A stretch of 64,000 bases of DNA from Antechinus flavipes (Eukaryota): contig NC_067403.1 of assembly GCF_016432865.1 (NCBI RefSeq), positions 254,014,001 through 254,078,000 of the forward strand, given 5' to 3'. Position 1 is the first letter of the stretch; every line of letters begins with the position of its first letter. A model generated the notes under the pieces. That model was not told the origin of the DNA. It searched no databases and was given only the letters and a program-made list of their open reading frames with translations. The position numbers and the translations under genes are program-made. Positions 27,601 through 37,748 of the stretch are shown here, piece after piece.

Positions 27601-29857
27601 ATGTGGTCAGTGGGGTGAGTGATGAAGGAGGGAAGGGGGGGGCGGTACAGAATGGGGGGAGGAGCCTGGAGAGGGGAGAAAGTTGTTGGATCAGGGCAGA
27701 AACGTTTATTTCAGTCCATCTCTCAGCCTTCCTACCTACCCCATTACCAAGATTTGGTGTTCAGCTTCCAAGAGACCAGGCTGGCCCTCCAACACTGGCT
27801 TCCCCGGCCTTTCGGCCCGCCTGGGGTCCTTCAGGGTGGGGGCGAGCCTTTGGGTGCAGACGCTTTCCTCGTTGCCCCACCCTTCCCCTCTGAGCTTGAG
27901 ATCCCGTGGCACCCTCTTGTGTACAAGTCATCCCTGTTTCTTGGTCGTCGGCCCATCTTCTCCTAGGTCTCGGCATTGGCTGGAATGGGCACCAGGGCCT
28001 GGGAGAGCTGGGCAGGGAACTGACCTCTGCTTTCCCATGGCTGCAGCCTCCCTTTCTCCGCTTCCTCTCCTCCCAGGTGAAGTCGGTGAGCCACGATCTT
28101 GAGCAGCTGCATCGGCTGCTGCAGGTGGCCCGCAGCCTCCTGCGCAACCCTCACCTGTGCCTGGGGCCCTACGTCCGCTCCCTGGTGGGCAGCGTTCTGT
28201 ACTGTGTCCTGGAGCCACTGGCCGCCTCCATCAACCCCCTGAACGACCACTGGACGTTGCGTGATGGAGCCGCCCTCCTGCTCAGCCACATCTTTTGGTA
28301 GGGGCCCTGGAGGCTGGCTGGGTTGGGGCTGCACTGCTCCCCCCTCCCCCATTGTTGGGGGGAGGGAATCTGTGGCCAGTCTCCTCCCAATTAAGCACAT
28401 TTGAGAAATGGGGGGGGCGTGTCATATTCTGGCTAATTGCACTTTCCCTTCTGTCCCGACTCTGACAGGACTCATGGGGACCTGGTGAATGGTTTGTCCC
28501 AGCAGATCCTACTGTCCTTGCAGAAGGTGCTGGCTGACCCCGTGCGGCCTCTGTGCTCCCACTACGGGGCAGTGGTGGGGCTGCACGCTCTGGGCTGGAA
28601 GGTGAGGTCATCGAGCCCCACCCCCAGCTCCCCTCCCTGCTGGGACTAGAGGTCTGAGCATCTGGGTGCTGCCCTCGAGGCGCTTCTCTGCGGGGAAGGA
28701 GACCCCAGTGCAGGGGCCGGACCCTTTCCCAGGGGGCTCCCTGTAACTGGGCTGAGGGCCAGCAGGGGCCGGGGGGGCACTGGGAGGGTCCTCCTAGGCT
28801 GGAGGCCTGACCAGGACTCCCTCCCTCAGGCCGTGGAGCGAGTCCTGTACCCCCACCTCTCCACCTATTGGGCCAACCTGCAGGCCGTGCTGGACGATTA
28901 CTCTGTGTCCAATGCCCAGGTGAAGGCAGATGGACACAAGGTGTACGGAGCCATCCTGGTGAGTGACCGGAGGCTGGGGGAGTGAAGGTTAGGCAGAGCA
29001 GCTCGTAGTGGGGTGGGGTTAGCTCAGCCAGGGGAAGGGATCCCTCCTGAGGCCCCCCCCCACATTCTGCCTTCCCCACCCCCCTGCAGGTGGCCGTGGA
29101 GCGGCTTCTCAAGATGAAGGCGCAGGCTGCAGAGCCTGGCCGAGGCCGGAGCTGCCGGCGCCCTGAGGACCTGCCCTGGACGGGCCTCCTCCTGCACGAA
29201 GCGCCTGCCGGGGAGCCGGGCTTCGGGCCAGGGGCACCGCTGGCTCCGGGAACCCCGGGGCTGGGAAGCCCGGCCCCTCCCGTGCCCCTCGGGGACACGT
29301 ATCGGGAGCTCTACGCCTTCTTCGGGGACAGCCTGGCCACCCGCTTTGGCACCGGGCAGCCTGCGCCCGCGGCGGCCCGGCCCCCCGGCGCCAAGAAGGA
29401 GCCCGCGGCCGTGGCCGATGCCGTTCGCAAGATGCCCCAGCTCACAGCCAGCGCCACCGTCAGTCCCCGGGACGAAGAGAGCCCGCGCGGGGCGACCCCG
29501 GGAGGCCCTGCCAGCGCCCCCGCCTCAGCCCCTGCCGCCTCCGCCGAGAGTCGGCCTCTGCCCCGCGTGCACCGGCCCCGGGGAGCGCCCCGGCAGCAGG
29601 GGCTGGGAGCGGCCGCCCGCGAAGTCTTCCAAAAGAGCCGCTTCGCCCCCCGGGGCGCCCCGCACTTCCGCTTCATCATCGCCGGTCGGCAGGCAGGCCG
29701 TCGCTGCCGCGGCCGCCTCTTCCAGACGGCCTTCCCGCCGCCACAGGGGCCCAGCCCGGCCTCGCGCTACGCCCAGAAGCTGCCCATGATCGGGCGCACG
29801 GGGCGGCCGGCGCGCCGCTGGCTGCTGTCGGATTACTCGCTCTACCTCCCGCTGTGA
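24626..29857 (+). CDS. TAF6L: TAF6-like RNA polymerase II PCAF-associated factor, 10 coding exons, 618 aa
   Basis: Coding exons 24626-24772, 24865-24951, 25457-25607, 25705-25755, 26367-26461, 27540-27614, 28077-28297, 28469-28601, 28830-28958, 29090-29857 total 1857 nt. MSEREERRFVEIPRESVRLMAES...LLSDYSLYLPL*. Confidence 0.97.
25005..25112. repeat. (TCC/TTC)n pyrimidine microsatellite
   Basis: Low-complexity run in a TAF6L intron. Confidence 0.9.
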
Positions 29858-30140
29858 GGAGGCGGGGCCGGACGAAAATGAACCAATGAGCGTCTGCTGC
29901 AGGCTCCGCCCCTGTCCAGCCTTTTCGTCGATTCCCGAACTCGCTCTACCTCGCGCGGGGAGGGGGCGGGGCTAGGCAGCGAACCAATGAGCGCCTGCTG
30001 CAGGCTCCGCCCCCAGATCGGCTTTCTTTCAGGCTGTGGTACTTGCTCTACCTCTCGCTGTGAGGGGGCGGGGCGAAGAAACGAACTAATGCTGCAGACT
30101 CCGGGCTAGCTTTACCTTCCGCCGTGAGGTGGCGGAGAGC
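29837..30140 (+). repeat. Degenerate tandem repeat of about 103 bp built from the TAF6L stop region plus GC and CCAAT boxes
   Basis: Units start at 29837, 29941, 30043 and (partial) 30107, each with (t)gctctacct..g(t)gagggggcggggc..gaac(c)aatg..ctgcag.ctcc. Confidence 0.85.
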
Positions 30141-30570
30141 CAGTGGGCTGAAGTCGGAGGCTTGGCCCCCCTCAGGCCCTTCTGAGGTTCCTTCCTGTAA
30201 TTTCCATTGCCAGGCCCCGCCTAGGCCTGACTAATGAAAGGCCAGGTCAGGCGCCCCCCTGCGGTTCTGGGCGTCCGGTCTCTTGCAGTGGACGTGCTCC
30301 CCGGAGCTCCGGGGTACATGAAACCTCGGCTGAGCCACTGACCGGATGTGGGTCTGGACTCAGTTTCCTCACCTACAGTAAGCTGAAAAGGTGCGGGAGT
30401 TTGGAGCGGAACCTCTTTGATTGCCCCACCCTCTCCAGAAGGGCGGGGCGTGTGCAAATAAATCTTTGCCGGAAGCCGACGGCGTGACCGGTGTGGTATC
30501 GTAATGTGCGTGAAAGGCGGTTGGCCTACAAAAGCGCGGGTGGGTGGGGCCTGAGCCGAGCGGGGTGGCC

Positions 30571-33500
30571 ATGGCGCTCCCCAGGCTGCACCGCGCCGAG
30601 CTCGTGCTCTTCGCCGCCGCCTTCCTGGCTGGGGCCGTGGTAGCCGCCGCTGTCTTCCGGACGCAGGTGCGGGCCCTGAGGCCGGGGGCCTCAGTTTCTC
30701 CCTCTGGACAGTGAGAGGGATAGGCTCCCTGGTCTCCGGGTCACTTCTCTTTCGTGGGCCTGTTTCCCCTTCTGGACAGTGAGGGGGCTGGGTTCCCTGG
30801 ACTCGGGGGACACTTTCTTGTTGTGGGCCTCAGTTTCCTCCTCTGGATATCGAGAGGTGTGGGCTCCCTGGTCTCCAGGCTCTCTTCCCATCTGTGAGCC
30901 TCAGTTTCCTTCTCTGGTCAGTGAGAGGGATGGACTCCATGGTCTCCGGGGTCATTTCCCATCTGTGGGCCTCAGTTTCCTCCTCTGGACATCGAGAAGT
31001 GTGGGCTCCCTGGTCTCCAGGTTCTCTTTCTTCTCGTGGGCCTCTCACTTTCCACCTCTGAACAGTAAAGGTATAGACTGTAGGATCTCACTCCCTGAGG
31101 TCATTCTCAGGACTCCCCTTCCCCCCATTCTTAGCTGTCTGAGTGCACGTCTCCTGGCCTCAGTTTCCCCTTCTGGACAGGGAGAGGTGGATTATGACTA
31201 GGTCCCCAGTCACGGGGCACACGTGTTACAGCCATACTTATGTCCGGTCATTGATTCCAGCCTGTGGACAGGTACAGTTTGAAGATGACCATTGTGGGGG
31301 GTGGCTCTGATGAGCCCCTTTCCCGGCCTGGTTTCCCCTCTCTGGAGAGTCCAGGAGTGGACAGGCCGGGCTCTGCACCAAGGCTCGCCTGGGAAGAGGC
31401 TGCATCTGAACTGGTGCAGTTCTTCCTGAGGATGGGGGGGAGTTTGAGCAAAAGCAACTCAGCGCCCAAGTCTGTGTCTCTCTCTCTGCTCCCTGCAAGG
31501 GGGGCCTCCCTCTGGGGGCCAAGCTCCTCACTGCTGACTTCACTTTGCAGGGAAGCCCTTGGTCCTCATCTGTGTCTTTCTCCTTGCGCATTAGCCTGTT
31601 ACGCGCGGGCTCCGTGGCCGTCAGGGGACACCGGCCTCCACGACAGGTCCTCTGACTATTCACGTCCGGAGGACTGGGCTGTGGGATCCTGGAGCCACGG
31701 GGAGGGGCTGCAGAGATCCGTGGGCCCCGTGGGGAGTGGGGCAATGGTTCCTATAGAGGATGGTCCCCAAGCTAAGCTGGAGAACCACACGGGGCGAAGA
31801 TTTCGATTGCAGACCTTGATTTGCTGAAGGCCGGGTCGCTTGCCACAGTGGTCACTTTTAACTTGATTTCTGCCTGGGTTTAGGGCAAGAAGGAAATGAA
31901 ACAGGTCGGAGGGGAAGGAAGGGGTTGCGCCAGTGAAGGAACAAACAGTTCCCCATCTCCCGCTGGGGGAAGGAGCTCCCCGCCCTGCCCTGGCTCTCCT
32001 GGCTCCAGAAGCCTGGACTTGGATGCCCCAAAAGGCAGCTTCCTTGTTTCAGATCCCAGCCACCCCACAGGCCAGGCTTAGACAATGGTCGGGGGTGCAT
32101 TTGGGCAGAGCAGACCCCTGCCCAACCACTACCAGCACCTCCAAAAAGCCGCTTTCCCCGGTGTGTGCAGCACTGCCCGAGGAGGGGTATGGGCTGGAGT
32201 TTATTGGGGGGGCCCTTGGTGGCTCTGGGGTGGTGGAGAGAATGGAGTCTGCCCTGGGAGCCAGCACTGGGCTGGAGGCTCCCTTATGAACAGGCACCTC
32301 CCCCATGGCCCGCTAGCAAAGGAAGCCTTCAGGGGAGCTGGGGTTCTTCCCTGGGTCCCATTTGTCCAGAATCTTGGGGCCTTGTCCCATTGTCCTGACC
32401 ACTGCGGACCTTTCCTTATCTGGGCTCACGCATCCATTAGGTGCTTCCTATTTGCCCCCCTCTCCCCCAGGAGTTCAGTCTAATGGGTGAGACGACCTGC
32501 AACTTTCCAAACTCGATGTCCACAGAATAAACGGAGTCTCTTCCTAGAAACAGAGATTCAGACTCCCTTTAGGAAAATCCCTTTAACCCAGAGTGTGGAG
32601 GAGCTTGGGGGAGGGAGAAACCAGAGCTGCTTTCAGTGGTTCAGGTGTGCGATGAAGGGCCTGAGCTAGGGGCCGACGGTGCTGGAGGGAGAGAGGTCTC
32701 CCAAGTGGAAAGGACAGGTTGTGAAAAGGGACTGGCCTGGCAAGGGGGGGGGAGGGATCCGAGATGACCCCTCGGTTTCAAGCGTGGGGGACTGGTGGTG
32801 CCCTGGACCGTCAATGGGGAGAGGTGGCGTGGGAAAGACAGGACAGTGAGGCCGCCTAGGAGCCTCGGGAGCCAGAGGAGGGCCCATGGCGGCCTCGGTG
32901 AGGAGGCTGCTTGGAGCCGGGTTTCTCATTCTGCAGGTCTCCAGCCCATCCCCTTGCAGCTCGCTGCTAGCTTAAGGTCCTGAAGGGGCAGGGGGCGGCC
33001 AGGTCCTGCCACGGAGGGCTGGGGCTCTCGTTCCCAGCGTGGTTACTGCCTGGCTGCCGGGCCCCGGCTTGTCTGCGGCCATTCACTGGCCAGGATCTCC
33101 TGGTCTCACTAGCAGGGAAGAGTTCCTACTTTTGAGATGTTGGAGATCTTGGCTCCTTGGATGCCTCTAGGTGGCAGACTTCTGGGAATATCGCCTACGG
33201 CCTGGGCTGGGTCCTTGGGCCGCTCCCTGGCCAGTGCACACTGGCTTGTGTTCCAGTCTTGGGTCCTGGCAGCAGAGACAAGGCCAGGGATTTGCCCGGG
33301 GTGCCCTGCTCAGGAGGTGGCACGAGTGGGATCTGGGGGCAGCTCTTTGCCTGCTCTGCCATTTTCCCTTAAGTGACCATAAAAAATGAGGTGCTTCACC
33401 TCCCTTCTGAGTGTTCACGTCCGTCCCTACAGGCCAGCGCCTGACTGGCCCGAAGGGGCCGTGGCCGCAGGTCTGTGCTCTGGCCAGCCCCGCTGAGTCG

Positions 33501-34494
33501 GCCTCTCTTCCCAGGCCTCCTTCAGTGGCCACTGCCCCATCTATGGCGTCGCCAGCTGGAATGACTCCCTCGCCCTGACGAGCGTCTCTGCCCCGTCCCT
33601 CTGCTACTTTGTGGCTGGCGTGGCCGGCCTCCTGGCCCTCTACTGCCTCCTGCTCTTGTTCTACTGGACATACAGCAGCTTCCTGGAAGATGCCCACAGG
33701 TGATTGTGGCAGGGGTCGAGGGGCGTCTTGGCTGGGGAATGCGGACCGTTACATTCCTCGGGCTTCTTCCATTGCAGAAGTCCCCTCGGCCTGCGCGTCT
33801 CTCTGGGCTTGTCGGCCGTGGGCACCTTCCTGGTGCTGGTGTCCTCGTGCATCCTCCGGTTTGGCACCAGTTCCCTCTGTGCCTCCATCATGAGCCTTAA
33901 AATCGTGAACTGGTAATGGGCATCGAGGGGGAGGGAAATGGGCACTGCCCTGGGGAAAGACCTGGGGGAGTACCTTGGGAAGGGCCTCCTCTGGGAAACT
34001 GGGGGGCAGAAAGCTGCTCCCCAAGTAGCTGACCCCCACTGCCTTCCTGGAGGTCCACCTCAAGGGCCCAGGCAATCTTGGGACCCAAGGGCAGCCCTGG
34101 GGCTAGAGCTGTATCAGCGCCCAGTGCCCAGGAGCCCCAGCCTGGCTCATCCAGCCTCTTGCCTATGCAGCTGCTCTGATGCTCAGAAACTTCCCTGGGT
34201 GCCTCCCGGATCCGGCCTCCACTTCTACTCCTCCCTGTACAACGCAGAAGTAAGGAGGAGCCGGGGAGGCCTGGAGGGGGGCGGTGGGGTCTGCCCAGAG
34301 TCTGCCATCCTCCCCTCTGCCCTCTCCTGCAGGCTTCCTCCTGGGTGAGCCTGGTCTTGTGGTGCCTGCTGTTGGCGTTGCAGCTGCTGCAGTGGAAGTG
34401 GGAAGCCCCCCCATACCGGCCACTGGAGCGCGGGGACCCGGAGTGGAGCTCGGAAACCGACGCCCTGTTTGGGGCCCGCCCGGCCCGGCCCTGA
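30571..34494 (+). CDS. TMEM179B: Transmembrane protein 179B, 5 exons, 218 aa
   Basis: Exons 30571-30666, 33515-33699, 33778-33912, 34171-34249, 34333-34494 total 657 nt. MALPRLHRAELVLFAAAFLAG...PYRPLERGDPEWSSETDALFGARPARP*. Confidence 0.95.
30680..31075 (+). repeat. Degenerate minisatellite of about 70 bp (6 units, plus a partial copy at ~31157)
   Basis: The motif gcctcagtttc..ctctgga..gag..ggctccctggtctcc recurs at ~30688, 30758, 30827, 30898, 30969 and 31040. Confidence 0.8.
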
Positions 34495-34709
34495 AGGAGC
34501 CTGGCGTGGGAGCCTGCTAGCCAAAGAACCGATGCCCGGGTGCCCTGAGCCTGGCTCTGCCGCCACTGGGGAGAGATGCCAGCCGTCCTTGTAGTGGAAG
34601 TGGGCAGCCTTTCGTCTTAGGGGACCCTTCCCCCAATGAAAACAGGGATCGCTGGGCTTTCCTGTCTCTTTATTTATACGTCTCCACGTGGGGAACGAGG
34701 GTAGGGGGT

Positions 34710-35610
34710 TCATAGGCCCCGGTAGGCCCCCACGGTGAGGTCGAACAGCCGCATGTTGGGGAAGTGGCCGGCCTTGTCCAAGAGGAAGTAGAAGCGGTGG
34801 CCTTTGACCTTGATGGGGAGCACGGCGGGCACCTCCCCGCGGTGGGCCATGCAGGACACCTGGTGCAGGGGCACGGTCAGCTGGGCCCCCAGGCCGAAGG
34901 GGGCGTGCGTGGTCAGCGTCACTTGCTGCCCCCCTTTGCGCAGCAGCACGGAGCTCACGGAGCGCCGGGAGAAGAGCAGCCCAGCGGCCAGCACCAGCAA
35001 GCCTGCAGAGGGAGGGACGGGAGGGCGCTCAGCCCGTGGGGGGGGAGGGGAGGGCGGGGGGCGGTGCAGGAGCACTTCGGAGGCGTGGTCCGCCACTGCC
35101 CCCCTCCCCCCCATGTGCCGCAGAGGGATGCAGACCCCGAACCTCGCCCCTTCCCAGCTCCCCCACGTGGCCGGGGCATCGGGCGCCCCGCCAAGCCCTC
35201 CCGCTGGTCGTGGCCCTGAGAACAGCTGCCTGGCGCCTCAGTTTCCCCACACATGCGACCCACCCCGGGCTTCGGCTCTCACCCACAGAGGCGCAGCCTG
35301 CGGCCAGTCCGTAGCGCCAGAGTGTCGAGCCCGGGCTGGGCCGGCGCCCTGAGCCTTGAACGCCGCCCTCGGCCTCTGGGCCCTGAACGCCACCCCTGGG
35401 CCCGGCCAAGGCAGCCGCGGCCAGCGACGTCCAGAAGACGCCCTGACCGGCGCAGAAGAAGCCCAGGAAGGCGAAGAAACGGCCGCGCTTATGCTCGAAG
35501 AGCAGCACGTCCCGCTGCGGGGCCGCCTCGTGCAGCGCAGCCCGGGCCCAGGGAGCCCGAGGCGGCCCGAGGCGGTTCAGGTGCACAGCCAGCCTCGGCA
35601 GCCCCGCCAT
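34710..35610 (-). CDS. TMEM223: Transmembrane protein 223 (mitochondrial), 2 exons, 206 aa
   Basis: Exons 35610-35283 and 35002-34710 total 621 nt. ..RDVLLFEHKRGRFFAFLGFFCAGQGVFW.. and ..VRSVLLRKGG-type SVSSVLLRKGGQQVTLTTHAPFGLG..FYFLLDKAGHFPNMRLFDLTVGAYRGL*. Poly(A) signal AATAAA on minus at 34674-34669. Confidence 0.95.
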
Positions 35611-37748
35611 GGCGTGCGCCGCTTCTGGGGCGGGACTTCTGGAGGCAGGAGCACGGTTATAGGCTTTCCCGGAGCGGGACTTCCGGCCTCTGATGAGCCA
35701 GAGGGGATAAAGGGAAGTGGGCGGGGCTTGATGGGGCGGGGCTTCTGGTCAAGGTCTGCTTTGGTCCTCGGGCAGCGGCCCCGCGGTCCCTTCCCCTTTG
35801 AGTTGCTTCCTGTTCTCGGGGGTGGGAGGCTTCCCCTCTAGTGTGGTGGAGTGATCCTGGAGGGTGGGCAGAGTAAAGCGAGAGCCCCGGCTGTCCCGGG
35901 GCGGGGAGTCAATCACGGTCGTTGACGGCTCAGAGGGCTGCTCCGAGCGTCCCGATTTCGCCCTGGCCCCTCGAGGAGCCCGGACCTCAGGCTCTGCCGT
36001 GACTCAGGGGAGTCCCTGGGTTGTATAAAGCCTCCAAAGAGATGTCTCTGTGATACAACCATTAAGTGCCAACTGTATACCAAGCACTGGGCCAGGCTGG
36101 GGTTACACAGGGGCAAAGACAGTCTGACACTGGGAACAAGCTGGCCGGCCCCAGAGCGGGGCGGGGGTGGGTCTTGTTTCACTTCTCACTTGGGGATGGG
36201 AGGTCAGAGGTCAGCAGGGAGGCTGGACAAAGAAGGGAAGAAACGGAGCTTCAGAATGGGAGAGCGCATCCACGGTTGGTCTTTGTTCCTAGCCAAGCAC
36301 TTCCAGTGAAGAGCCGTATTCCAGCTTAGAAGGGTCCAGGGTCTTCATGGTGGGCCTGCTCTTGCCCCAGAGGAAGACGTTGGGGCAGATGACCCTCCGC
36401 TCTGGAGAAGACTCTGGCTCAGAAGCTTCGGGCAGAGTTCCCGTCCCTGGGGCCCTTGGGCAGCTGCTCCCAAGCCAATGGGAGACCAAACCACCAGCAG
36501 CATCGGCACAGCCAGAATAGCGGTTACCGCTTCTGGTTTAGGCGGCCGCAGTCCCAGGCAGAGGCTGGGAATTGTTCCCTCCCCTCCATTTCCCAGCTCA
36601 GACCAATTCCCCACCTAATCAAGCCTCACCCGGAGTATTCCCTGGGGGGCAGGGGTAGGGGAACAGAACTGCTCCGGAACTGTTCTGGAAGTCAGTCCGG
36701 AACCCGGCCATCAGAAAGCAGGCAAAGGATTTCTATACACGGTCTACGCCAGCTTGTGCCCATCCAGGGGCCATGGCGTGGAACACCCAAGAAGATGGTT
36801 TCATCGGGCAAACGCAGACCCAGAACACCGGGTTCTCCTGCCACTGACTTGTTTGTTCCCGGCCTTTTTTGGGGACGGGGTCAACGGGCCAGTTTTTTTA
36901 CTGCCTTGATGGGTTGTTATTCAGAAGCATGAATGAAACCGGCCCCAGTCCCTCCTGAAATGAGGAAGTGGGCCAAGGGGGACAGTGCGGCGATGGAGGC
37001 AGGGCCTTCTCCAGCCCGCCATCCCAGAAGGAAATCTGGTCCCCGGGCTTCTCATCGTAAGAGTGGGGTGGGGCGGGGCGGACGTATGTGTGTACACGTG
37101 TGCCAGGCCCACTTTCCTCAGCAGACAGTTGAGCTGTCTCTGGAGGCCCCCCCTCCCACCGTCCCCCCTTACGCCCCCCCCGCCCACCTGGGAAAAAGTC
37201 TCATTTTGTAGCTCTTATCAATATTTATTGACAAACAAACTGGAGAATTAAAAAGGGGAGACCTAGCAGTGACACAGGAATAGGGGCAAGCGAGATGAGG
37301 GAAAGAAAAGAACAGCTGAGAACAGAATAAGCTAGACCACAGGAACACTCGTGGGGCTGGGCTGGCCCAGCCGGGACCAGGAGACAGACAGGTGAGCTGG
37401 CTCCCCCACAGCAGCAGGCATCAACGGGGGGCTCCAGGAACAGGAATAAGTAACACTTCTGGCTACAGACAACACAAAATAAAACTTCACTCTTTATCAT
37501 AAAAAGGAGAACAAAGAACAAGGATCCCAAATGGCGAGAACTCGGCATCCCAGCCGGTGACAGTTAAGTGTCAGTCCTACAAAGCTTTGGCTTCCGAGAG
37601 GGCGATGGCGCCGGCGGCCCCGGCGCGGTCAAGGTGGAGACTTCCCGGACAAGGGAGACCAGGACTTTCTCAGCCCTTGTTCACAGTCTAACGCTGGCCC
37701 CAGGCCAGAGGAGGAGGAAGCAAGGGAGAGGGGCGGGGAGCGCGGGAG

